NCBI RefSeq assembly: GCF_009834535.1
Contig: NC_045732.1
Location: forward strand, 23,312,001-23,376,000
DNA length: 64,000 bases
Source of the DNA: Camelus ferus
Taxonomy: Eukaryota
Reading direction: 5' to 3'
The position numbers were made by a program, and so were the translations under genes. Of the stretch, positions 52,905 to 64,000 are shown one piece after another. Each line of letters begins with the position of its first letter. Position 1 is the stretch's first letter. The notes under the pieces were generated by a model. That model did no database searches. It was not told where the DNA came from and saw only the letters and a list, made by a program, of their open reading frames with translations.

Positions 52905-53610
52905 TATGTATGTGTATTTTAAACTTTGTACTGGAGGATAATCTATATATATGTACATAGAAAGGCACATATGCATCATAAGTGTACAGACTGAATTTTC
53001 ATGAGTGAACACACCCAAGTAACCAACACCCAGCTCAGTGGTAGAGTGCATGCCTGTCCTGCATGAAGTCATGGATTCAATCCACAGTACCCCCATTAAA
53101 AATAAATAAACCTAATTACCTCCCCCTCAACAAAATTTAAATAAATAAATAAGTAGAAATAAATAAAATTTAAAAAAGAAGCAGAACATAACCAGCAGCC
53201 CAGGAGCCCTTTCCAATCACTAATCCACCGACTTTAAACTCTGTCCAGACTTCTAACACCATAGATTAGTTTTGCATGTTTTGTTTATTTCAAGTCATAC
53301 AGTACATACTCCTGTATCTGGCTTTTATCTTCAATATCATGTATGTGTGATTCCTCCATACTGTTGTGTATAGTTGTATATCATTCATTCACATGATGTA
53401 TATTACTTTATTGTGTGAAAAGGTATTTCCCCTTCTATTGTTGAGGGACATTTGGGTAGCTTCCCAGTTAGGGGCTCCTAGGTGCTGCTGTGAGCATCCT
53501 AATACATATTTTAGTGCACATATGTGTGTCTATTTGTTGGACCTATGCCTAAAAGTGGAATTGCTGGATTGTAAGGTATGTGGATATTCAGCTTTAGCAG
53601 ATTTTATGTG
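52905..53610 (-). mobile_element. L1MB/MC-type 3' fragment hosting a SINE
   Basis: acacacccaagtaaccaacacccag...cttctaacaccatagattagttttgcatg...gggacatttgggtagcttccc. Confidence 0.8.
53032..53180 (+). mobile_element. tRNA-derived SINE, camelid type (5'-truncated)
   Basis: A box AGCTCAGTGGTAGAG, B box GGATTCAATCC (53073-53083), body ...cccattaaaaataaataaacctaattacctccccc and an AT-rich tail, as recalled for camelid SINEs. Confidence 0.8.
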
Positions 53611-54339
53611 CATTTTTTAAGCGCTAGAGGTGATTCTGATTCCTGGCCAAGGCTGAGAACCACTGATCTATAATATCTACCCAAAAGGAAGGTTTAAAGC
53701 CACACTATCAAAGCCTGGATGAGCTCATTAAAGATGTAATATTAAGAAGATGAACTACAAGGATCATCCATACCGCCTCACAGATAATGCCAGTATCTGT
53801 GGCTTCAGTAGTTAGCTTGCCATTTCCGTAGGGGGTTAGGGTGGGTGGGTTAATGCTAGATACTGGCTCTCATTTTCTTTTCTCCCTTGGTTCGACCCTG
53901 ATTTCTCTCAGGTTCAGCAAAGTGGAATGCCAACAGAGAACTGAGACTGAGAGAAAGCATTGCCAAGTACCGTTAATTATTAATGAAATGAATTTGCATC
54001 AAACCAGAGGGGATTAAAGTGGCTTAAAATGAATAGCAAGTTCTTGATAAGGCTTTCCCTATTCTCAGGTGACTGGAATGATGCACTCATGTTGGAGCAC
54101 ATTAATTTAATAGACGCCCTGCTCCCCACCCGGTGCAGCTTGGAGCTGGATATAAGCCCAGCCAGGGGACAGCAGGCTCCGAAGCAATTTCTGCTTATGT
54201 GGCTACGGTGAAACGAAGTGATGTGAATACCATGTGGTCGGCTGAAGAAATGCTTTAAACATACCTCAAAGCAAAACATCCTTTCACTACCCCAGCACAA
54301 ACGCTGGGGAGAGAAAAGGACATGGCTACAGCCTCAAGC

Positions 54340-54520
54340 AGATCTCAGTTCAGACCCCAGCTCAACGTTACCATACCCTATGCCTATGATCTTGCAAATT
54401 ACCTAACCTCTCAGAGCCTTTGATTTCTTTATCTGTAAAATGGGCTAAGTAGACATACCTTAAGGGATCATATGTAAAGTGCCAGGCTCACAACAGGCAC
54501 CCAGCAAATAGCAGTTATTA
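54340..54520 (+). mobile_element. MIR SINE
   Basis: cttgcaaattacctaacctctcagagcctttgatttctttatctgtaaaatggg. Confidence 0.8.
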
Positions 54521-55194
54521 TTGCTTATGGTGCTGGAGGGAGACACTGTTGAGAATATACTTCTGTGGTGGGAGAGAGAGACCAGCAGAGAGAAGGTGGT
54601 GTTCTAGAAGCTAGTCTTTGGACAGATGGCAGGCCCATATTGAAAATGGAAATGTTTCCTGCTGCTACAGATCCAAGGAAAGTCTTTAAGTCTGTGCAGA
54701 ACATAAAGGGATTGGCTCCCAGAATTTTCTATTAGTTCATTACACACACAGGCACATAACTGTGCCAAGGACATGTGGAAAGCTAACTCAGCTTGAAGGC
54801 TGGTAAGAAGGTCAGGGTGCCTCAGCAGGGCATTCTGGACAGGTCAGGTTTATAACTAAGATATCCCTTGCGGGACACTGTCCTCACGCAAAGAAAACTC
54901 ACCTAGGTGGCCATTTTCTGCTCCATGTGTCCTCAACTTCTCCTTGGCCACAGCTGACTAGACCATAGATGAGTGTGAAAGCTGGGGCCCTTTCGTCTAT
55001 CTTGCTCACTTACTCATCTTTTAAGATCTAGTTCAAATATTATAATTTATAGAAAGCTTTCCCTAAGTGTTTAGGTCAGTAGGACAGAATTGACTGAGAC
55101 AGAGTTGTGATAGGATAGGAAGAAACCAACAGGCAGGGATAGACTGATTATCATCCAAGCCCTAGACACCAACTGACATGGAAAGAATGACAGT

Positions 55195-55410
55195 AGCAAC
55201 AGTGCAGCATTTACTGAACACTTATTTTGTGTAAGGCATTAGGCTCGACAGTTTTCATGCATGATCTCTTCTGTTAACCCATTAAGGAAGGTACAATTAC
55301 TTCCCGCATTTTAGAGATGAAGAAATTGAAGCTTCATGTAATTCAGTGACTTTCCAAGCTTGAAGCAAGGTCAGATCTCGTTGTTTCTAATCTCAAGCCC
55401 TTTAACCACC
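55195..55410 (-). mobile_element. MIR SINE
   Basis: catttactgaacacttattttgtgtaaggc...cccgcattttagagatgaagaaattgaagct. Confidence 0.8.
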
Positions 55411-56355
55411 CCCCTACACAGCCTCACCATTGGTGGACAACAGTGCCAGTGTGGCATGAGAGCTGGGAACTGCTTTGTTGTTCGGCAGAAACCGTGTTCA
55501 GAGTGAGCATGGTACCATTTCTTGTATGCATTCCTTGTATTTGGTTATTTAGACTGGATTATTTCAAGTTGTGAAAACAAAAATCAATCTTGTTCACTTG
55601 ATAGCAATGCATTTGTTTCGTGATTAAAAGGTCATTCTTTTATGTTTAAATAACATAATTCAATGAAAGAAATTCTTAGAGCAGCATTATTAGACCCAGG
55701 ACCATATAATAAACATTTGAAAAGCACTTGGTATTTTAAGAAATGGCCAAGTCATTAACTGATTAGTTAAATACTCCTTAGGTGGTGGGTGAGTAATAGA
55801 ATAATCTCTGTTTTAGGGAGAAGTTAAGGAGACCCTAGGAGGTTAATATGTACCCAGGTTCCCCACTGGAAGAGATAACACAAGGCTTAGAATTCAGCAT
55901 CACTAACTAGTTTTCCAACCAGTTCCTTGGTATTGAAAAGGAGTAACCCCTGGAGTGGCTGCATACATTACAAAACTGCTTAAATACTTGAACTATATGC
56001 CCTTTGGAGTTAGATTTACAGAGAATTCAATACTGTCTTCAATACTCCCATCCTGTAATTTTAATGTTGGTAAATTTCCATCAATTCATTCCTTCAGCAA
56101 ATATTTATTTTGTAATTATTATGCATAGATACTGGGTTCCATTCTGGAAACACAACCCTGGGCAAGACAGAGCTTACATTGGGAGGTGAAAACGAGTAAA
56201 CTGCAGTTATGTGGGGCTGATGAGAGCCATGGTGAATGCACACAATGAAGAGGCGGCATATGTCTGTGATGCGTGAAGCTTGTGTCTGCTAAAAGAGCAG
56301 TTTTACTGTCCCAGACTCTTTTCTACCAGTAACCAGAGCTTAGAACCCTGTAGAC

Positions 56356-56509
56356 CAGTGGTTCTCAAACTTTGGTGGATATAAGAATCACCTAGGAGCT
56401 TAGTAAAATACGAAGGCCCAGGCCCTGCCTGACTTTAACAAGAACGGGCCTCTGTGTTCTTCATCAGCTCTCTAGGCGATTCTGACACAAATCTGTTTGA
56501 GAACCACTG
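56356..56509. mobile_element. MER5-type hAT MITE
   Basis: TIRs cagtggttctcaaac / gtttgagaaccactg; degenerate 8-bp flanks ctgtagac / ctctggac. Confidence 0.9.
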
Positions 56510-56547
56510 CTCTGGACTAACAGTACACCGTTTCTCTGCATGTAGTA

Positions 56548-56706
56548 CAGTTGTCCCTTGGTATCTGTGGGACATTGGTTCCACATACCCACATCCTGTC
56601 CTGTGGATACCCAAATCCCCAGATGCTCAAGTTCCTTATATAAAATGGTGTGGTGCAGAGTCTTCTGTGTCTGCATGCTAAAGCCGTGGGTCCAGAGGGT
56701 CAACTG
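56548..56706. mobile_element. Short MER2/Tigger-type MITE
   Basis: cagttgtcccttggtatctgtggg...gatgctcaagttccttatataaaatgg...gagggtcaactg, flanked by TA on both sides. Confidence 0.88.
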
Positions 56707-57109
56707 TATGACATGTGTGGCAGTTAAATTCTTTTCTGTGTTTTCTTTCTGGAATATGGAATAGGACCTGATACAGGATATCTGATTTCAAGAGACTTTG
56801 GCTTGTTTGAAGCTGAATTACTCAAAGTGGGAAAATAAAATTTTCTGTCTCCTTTCATGTTGGTTACCTTGTCCCTGACCTATATCTTTGGCTTACTGCA
56901 CTCATTTTCTTTGAAGTTGTTTTCTGAGCAGAAAACATTTTATTGAAAAGTGCTCTTATGAATTCAAAAGGTGGGATTAAGTAGGAAATATCAGCACTAG
57001 AACGGAGACAAATACTTGATGGAAGACAATATTCCCTTGGGGGAGAATCCTCATTTCCTGTTTCTTCATTGCTTTTCCATTTCCACTGAGACAGAGTTTA
57101 AATGAAAGC

Positions 57110-57305
57110 TTTCCATTCATGATTGTGTGACTTAGGGGAAGTTGCTTAACCTTTCTGTGTTTCCACTTTCATCATCTGTAAAATGGAGATGGTGATAATG
57201 ATAGTAGCTATCTCACAGGGTTGTTACGATGATTAAGTTAACAAATGAAAACACTTAGAACTGGAAACCTAGTAAGTGCTCAGTAAATGTTCCTGCTATT
57301 ATTTT
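57110..57305 (+). mobile_element. MIR SINE
   Basis: tgtgtgacttaggggaagttgcttaacctttctgtgtttccactttcatcatctgtaaaatggag. Confidence 0.9.
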
Positions 57306-57759
57306 TTCCATCATACCTTTTAAATATCTCATTCCTCCTGGTGCATCTGTTGTTTCCTTTCTGGATTATGTTGAGGGTAAAGACCAAAGGGTTCTGTCAA
57401 GATTAATTGAAAAAGAATTGGGGCCTCATAAAGGACTAAAATGAAATTAAACTAGCCTCACAGTTACTGCCAATCCTTTTTTTTTTTTATAAACATACAA
57501 TGTTTAGAAACTGGGGAAAAGTTTAGAAACAGAACCTGTTGTCAGCCAAGGGCAATGTGAAACCATGCATGAAAATGGTGGGCCAAAGACCACCTGTACT
57601 GATTCTGCAGAACTTCCCCAGAGGAGGCCAACAATCTCCTAGGAGCTGTGCCATGGACCCTGCCCCCTCTCCTAACCTTCTCAACACGTGGCAGAGGCCC
57701 TAGCTGAGAACCACCTATATAGACTGTGGACTGTATTTAGAGTTGGGATAGGGGGATGC

Positions 57760-58350
57760 TTCTGAGGTAGAACTTGAATTTCAATAAGGTGTCAGTATTT
57801 CCAGATGCACAGAAAGCTGCAAAAATAGTACAGAATCCCATGTATCTGTCCTCCAGCTTTCCTCAGTGGTGACATATTACACAGCTGGAGCATAATATCA
57901 AACCCAGAAATTGACATTGGTACAACACTGTCAACTAGTCTACAGATGTTCAATTTTTACCGTTTTTACACACATTTGTGTGTGTGTCTGTGTGTGTGTG
58001 TATGTATGTGTAGTTCTTTACAACTTTATTCCATATGTGGATTCACGTAACCACCATCGCAATCAAGGTGCAGAACTATTCCATCACCACAAAGTAACTC
58101 CCTTGTGCAACCCCTTTATATTTGCATTCATGCCCGGCAAATGCCAATCTGGTCTGTGTCTCTATGGCTTTATCACGTTGAGAAGATTGTGTAAATGAAA
58201 GCATACAGTTTGTAACCTTTTAAGAGTGATTTTTTTTCATTAAGAATAATGTCCTTTAAATCCACTTAGGGTGTTGCGTGTGTGGATAGTTTGTACCTTG
58301 TTTTTATTGTGGAGTAATATTCCATTATACGGATGGAACAGAGTTTATTT
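57760..58350 (-). mobile_element. L1MB/MC 3' fragment with an internal (GT)n at ~57977-58012
   Basis: aacccagaaattgacattggtacaac...gtaaccaccatcgcaatcaaggtgcagaactattccatcaccac. Confidence 0.85.
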
Positions 58351-60832
58351 AACCATTATTTCACTCCCTCCTGTTTTTAACTCACATCTGTTAGTCTTTG
58401 AGGTGCTGATTTTCTATTATAGCTCCTACACCTAAGCCAGTATGTAATTCAGTGCATTGAAATGGGATTGTAGCATATTAGAATTAACATAGAATTTATA
58501 TTCTAGTGCCTTCTCAGCTATGGAAATCTTTTCAGTAACATTTGGGTAGCTTTTACATATCTTTGAACTACAGAATGGACAGTATTTTCAATTATGACTA
58601 GTTATTTTAAAATCTTTAATTCCCATCATAGATTCATGACTTTACATCTGCCTTTTTTCTTACTTACTCATATATATATCCTGTATTTGTGGGATGATAC
58701 CGATTTTTTAACATTGGGTTCTTTATCCAACATGATAATAATATTTTAAATAATTTTACTTTCTATTGCTACTAATGGAAATCAGACTCATTATAGAAGT
58801 TTCCCATGATCAAGGAGAAGAAAGTTTAAAAATCACCTGAAATCCTATCACACAGGAAAAACTGCTGTTTAATATATTATTGTAAATCCCTCCAGGGCCT
58901 TGAGAACATTTGAACTTTCTATTCCTCAATATTAAACTGCCTATCCTCTGGACCTCACTCGGTGAGCAGAGTTGGAGTGTCTGCACCCTGTGCTTGAAGC
59001 TCTGAGATATGACCAAAGGAACCTGAGCCGTGTGCTCACGCCATCTTTATGACCCAGACTTCTGTGTTGAGCAAATGTGCATCTTCTTTCCTAACTGATA
59101 AGCTGATCCGGAATTTGCAGAAATCTCAATAAATCACTTTATATCCTCCCCCTACCTTTACTTTGCCCAGAGACTCGGGGCAGGGCCAGTCCCAAGCTGA
59201 CATCCTTTCCTGAGAACCCCTTCCTGGTCCTGCTTGGCCTTCCGAGGTAAAGCTCCCAAGCTGAAGTCACCCATATTTTCCATGTCTCCATAGTCATCCC
59301 ACCAAGGGACAGGATCCAGCAGCAGGAAAAAAACAAAACGGCTACCTATGGCATTCCTTTTATGGAACACTGGTCTGTTGGATCCTAAAGGGGACCTTCC
59401 TCAATGTCTGGCCAGAGTTCTCCCCCTTGAGGTCAGAGGGAAGAGAAGAGGGCTATAGCTTGCCTGCCTTTCCTTCCCCTCAGCGATGTGCTGGAACACA
59501 GGTACGATGGCCTGCAGGTGGTGAGAAGTCCATTCCTGGCTTGTGGGATAGGTAACTTCTCCCTCCTCACTAGCATCTAGGGAGATCCAGGAGGGCGGGT
59601 GCGCTCTCCCATCCCGTCACTGCTATGTTGCTCAGAGATGTTCAGCAGTTATTGTGGGCTCGCTTGGGCCCTTCTCCCACTCCAGAAAGTAGATTGAAAT
59701 GTTCAGCTGACATTATTGCAGGGATGGCCTTGAATCATCTCTAGTTTAGAAAAATAATGAAATTGATCACCAACTTGTTGCTAATACTGGTTACAAATTT
59801 CTAGGGCACATCCCGCAGTTGATCCTGGCACATCAGTGTGTCTAGGCTTTGTCATTTCCCAGGCCTTGCCATCCTTTAGAACTGCATATTTTCTGCATTC
59901 CCAAGCTCTGTTGTCTTGGTCCATCACTTGAATTGTGACTGTCTTCACCTTACTGATCTTGTCAGCCTCTGTTCTGGCCCTCTGTTTAATCCCTTCATCA
60001 TATGACTGAGAGTGGTGTTTCTGGAGGGGCCGCCCTTTCCTGATCCTCCCTGGCTCGCCAGTATTACCAGGATGAAACCCAGGGAAATTTTCTGGGGAAA
60101 CTCTATGCTCCCATAGCTCCTTGGGTGACCCTCTAGTACAGCCATATCAATAGTTAACTTATTGTCATCTCCACCCCACCCTCATCATCATACTGCAGGT
60201 ATTTTGAAAAAGATTATGTTTTATTCGGTCTTGCATCCTTAGTGTCTGAATAGAGTAGATGTTCAACACATATTTGCTGAATCAATCAGTATAATTAAAA
60301 GCCTACACATGTTTTTGTTTTTTTGTCTTAAACTTGTTTTCATATTTAAAATAAAACTCTTTCTCAATATTTTTGTCAAATCGATCACATTACCATAATT
60401 TTTCTTTTTGCTCCAGTCTGTTTTCCCCCCTCTCAGAGGATATCTTCATAAGCATTGCCACCAAATAGCATTTCTTTTAGGTGAGTCTGTTGAAAATACA
60501 ATGTGAGAAAATTTCCAAACACATATTATGAGCTGACTCCTCTTGACAATCATGATTTCTCTCATCAGTTTCAAAATATGAGTATCATACACATGGTTGG
60601 ATGATTCTTCAACACTGATAAAACTCTATCATTGAATTTCATGGCCCAACTTCGTTAATCCCTGAGCAGGTTTTATTAATTATTCTTTCACATTCTCTCT
60701 GCTGGGCTTTCTGCCTCTTGTAAACTGGTTTAATCTTCAGCTCTTTAAAAGCGCTATTATTAGGGCTACTTGTAATGACTTGCTTTTGTCACACCTGGGT
60801 TTGTCTTTTACTTCTGCTTTTTAGACTGTGCT

Positions 60833-61005
60833 GCAGTGCTTCCCAAAATCACCTGGAGGAATTGTTAAAACACGGACTGCTGGGCTCCACCCCCAGGGCT
60901 TCTTATTTGGTAGGTTTGATTGGGGCTGAGAATGTACGTGTCATAGCAGGTTCCCAGGTGATGCTGATATTACTGATACGCAACCCACGCTTTGAGACTC
61001 ACTGC
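60833..61005. mobile_element. MER5A MITE
   Basis: aatcacctggaggaattgttaaaacacggactgctgggctccacccccag...aggttcccaggtgatgctgat. Confidence 0.85.
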
Positions 61006-61844
61006 TCTACTAGCTTGAGTAGCACTGTTTGATAATTTTCACAGCCGTAGCCACTCAACTGATGCTTGTTGATTCTGCCCCATTTGGCTAGGAAGGCATA
61101 TGAGGACGTTAGTTGGCTTAGTACCACGTGTCTTCACGACTGATTCAGTATGGCTCACAGACTAGGGCCTTTTGCTTAGTGTTCCAGCTCCCGTGTTTTA
61201 CCTTCCCAGATTCCTTGTTGGGCACACTGTTTCCTCTGGGACTATGGTACTTTGATTTCCCTTGCTCATTTCCTTCTGGAAGCTGAAGATCAGACCGTAA
61301 GTTTCTTTTCCACATCTGGGCATCTACTGGCTTGCCTAAATCTGTATTTGTGACCCTGTGTTTACCCTGGTGTTGTTGGCTTGCTCGTCCTGATTTTGTT
61401 CTCGTTTGTTAGGACTTTGGGGTTTGCCTGCTCTATGCCAGTGAGCTGGTGTCCCGGGCCTGGATAGCTCTTACCTGGCGTTCCTCAGTGTTAGTGGGGC
61501 CTGACTTCAGCAGGTATCTCACTCTCTACTTTTTAAACATTGGATATTTATTCAAATGAGAACTTGGTTGCTATTTATACGACTGTTGCTTATTTTTTTC
61601 CCCTTTTTGACTTCTGTATGTGGTTCCAGACCCCTCAACCTCCTTCCTCACACTCTGAGACTCAATACTGGCTTGTTTCTTTTTCCTATGTAAATGATTA
61701 CTTTTCTAGTAAGATCATGCAACTTAGCTATAAGGTTCTAGTGCCAGCTACATACATAACTTAGGTCAACGTAAGTGAAACACATTCTCTCCCTTTTAAA
61801 CCTGTGTCACTGAGATCATGGGCTTGCTACTCTAAGTTCAGTCT

Positions 61845-62545
61845 GAGGATGAGCAGGGTTAGCACCTTGGGGGAATTTGTTAGAAATGCAGAGCCTCAGG
61901 CCTCACCTCAGGCTTACTGAATTAGAATCCACATTTTTTTTTATTGAAATATAGTTGATTTACAATATTGTTGGTTTCAGGTGTACAGCAAAGTGATTCA
62001 GTTACATATATATTTCAGATTCTTTTCCATTATAACTTATTATAAGATACTAAATATAGTTCCCTGTGCTTTACAGTAAATCCTTGTTGCTTACCTATTT
62101 CATGTACAGTGGTTTGTATCTGTTAATCCCATACTCCTAATTATTCCCTCCCCCTCCTCCGTTTCCTCTTTGGTAACTAAGTTTCTTTTTTATATCTGTG
62201 AGTCTGTTTATTTTGTTTATAGATTCATTGGCATTTTTTAGATTCCATATTTGAGTGATACCATATGATATGTGTCTTTCTCTGTCTGGCTTAGTATATT
62301 CTCCAGGTCCATCTATGTTGGTGCAAATGGCAATATTTCAATATTTCACTCTTTTTTTATGGCTGAGTAATAATTCTGTTGTGTGTGTGAATTTGGGTTG
62401 TTTGCATGTCTTGGCTATTATAAATAGTACTGCTATGAACATTGGGGTGCACTTATCTTTTCAAATTAGGGTTTGCATCTTTTCTGGGTATATGCCCAGG
62501 AGTGGGATAGAATCCAGTTTAACAAGAGCCCCAGGTGATTACTAT
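61845..62545. mobile_element. MER5A split by an L1 insertion
   Basis: Left half ...tttgttagaaatgcagagcctcaggcctcacc...gaattagaatccac; right half agaatccagtttaacaagagccccaggtgatt. Confidence 0.75.
61933..62505 (-). mobile_element. Artiodactyl-type L1 3' end
   Basis: tttttttttattgaaatatagttgatttacaatattg...ggtgtacagcaaagtgattcagtta...gtatatgcccaggagtgggat. Confidence 0.9.
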
Positions 62546-62844
62546 CCACATAATTACAAACTGATAAATGGTATAGCTCCTCCTCTAGGATGAACTGCTA
62601 CCACCTGACTAAGCATGGCTCACAATCTTAGCATGTCACTAGTTCATCCAACTTCCTTATCACTACTGATGTAATTATTACAAACCTATGTTGGTTGTTT
62701 CCCTCTGACAATATGAACTCTAATGATGCTGCTGGAACCCAGGAACTCACTGTGTACAGTTGAGATTTGTTGCTTCCTGGGTTGTCTCTTTGGCAAGGCA
62801 TTTCCAACTGAGAGGACTACTTCCCTGAGCATGCTTTTTCCAGC

Positions 62845-63205
62845 TTTCTTGAGATATAATTGAGATATAGCACTGTGTAAGCTTAAGGTGCACAGCATAA
62901 TTATTTGACTTACATACAGCATGAAATGATTACCCCAGTAAGTTTAGTAAACATCCATCAGCTCATATAGATACAAAATTACAGAAATAAAATACATAAA
63001 AATTTTCCTTTGTGATGAGAATTCTTAGGATTTACTCTCTTAACATCTTTCATATATAACACATAGCAGAGTTAATTATATTTATCATGTTGTCCATTGC
63101 ATCCCTAGTACTTAGTTATAACTGAGAGTTTGTACCTTTTGACCACCCTCATCCAATCTCCCCTCCTTGACCCCCCGCCTCTGGTAACCACAAATCTGAT
63201 CTGCT
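62845..63205 (-). mobile_element. L1 3' end
   Basis: gatataattgagatatagcactgtgtaagcttaaggtgcacagc...ctctggtaaccacaaatctgatct. Confidence 0.85.
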
Positions 63206-64000
63206 TTTTTTTTGTCATGATCTTATGTGGGTTTGGATGAAAGGCAGGCTAAGAGTGCAGGGTGGATGAGTCCCACAACACTGTATATCAGGTGTTCATT
63301 GTAATGCTGGCCCATAGTAGATGACCATTCAAACAGCTCTCACCAGCATTTAACATGGGGATCAGGCTGGGTGAACTAACTACCCCAGGGTTTGTGTAGT
63401 AGATGGGACCAGCAGTTGTGGTCTGGATGGTGATAGGTGAATGGTCTTTTTTTTCGAGATGCTCATCTCTCTTGGAGCAGGATTCTAACCAGTGAGGACT
63501 GATTTCCTCACCTTTCTGGCTCTTTTTTTTTCGCTGCACATTCTGGACTTAATCCTAAACCTGAGAGTTAGACTTCTTGTGTCAACCAGACAGGTAGGAG
63601 ATGATGAGGTGCAGGGTGATCTGCCTTCTGGCTGTATTATAAATCTCAGGCTTCAGGTGCTGTCTGACCTCATTGTCATGGCCAGGGGCTGTTAAGGGCT
63701 GAAAATCCCCTTGTATGGGAGATGCAGGAAGCCTGAGGCCCTGTTTGTTGGTAGCTAGTTTGAATACAGTGGCAAGCCGGTGATAAAAATAAGGGAAGTG
63801 GGCCAGGAGTGGTGGTAGGGAAGAGTGAGGGCTGTGAAGACAGGGAGTGTGCGTGCTCTGTCCAGAGAGGACAGCAGCTAAGGAGACCCAGGCGCCTGGT
63901 GGCGTGTAGGCATGTAGCCTAGAGCTGCCAGCTTTTCTGACTTCAGAAGCCAGAACTCTAGGAGATTCTTCCCCCACTCCCCAGTGTGACATAACAAGTA

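Noticed and set aside
53032-53100. tRNA-like A and B boxes as a tRNA gene
   Set aside because: There is no cloverleaf, and the sequence continues into a SINE body and AT-rich tail.
63230-64000. Possible ERVL/MaLR internal or LTR sequence and ORFs at the right edge
   Set aside because: I could not match it to a family or protein with confidence, so it is left unassigned pending a Dfam search.

Overview
Mammalian genomic DNA; a tRNA-derived SINE at ~53.0-53.2 kb and the young L1 3' ends look camelid/artiodactyl. The window holds the 5' end of PTCHD1 (patched domain-containing 1, X-linked in placental mammals) on the minus strand. The 3' part of coding exon 1 is visible at 1848-1975, the start codon falls in an N gap, and intron 1 runs off the left edge. 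A CpG-island promoter (~1.5-5.3 kb) with a compound GCC/CCT repeat follows. The remaining ~58 kb is gene-free upstream DNA rich in old repeats (MIR, L2, L1M, MLT1, LTR16, MER3/5/53, Tigger MITEs), including a ~4.8 kb internally deleted L1. In human, the antisense lncRNA PTCHD1-AS lies in this upstream interval, but I cannot identify its exons from sequence alone. I found no other protein-coding gene and no evidence for a new multi-gene system. The best leads are regulatory: a near-canonical REST/RE1 site at 8980-9000, motif clusters at ~27.1 and ~27.5 kb, a candidate uORF, and a palindrome-containing promoter repeat. Protein and repeat assignments come from memory of the consensus sequences, not from database searches, and most repeat boundaries are approximate.
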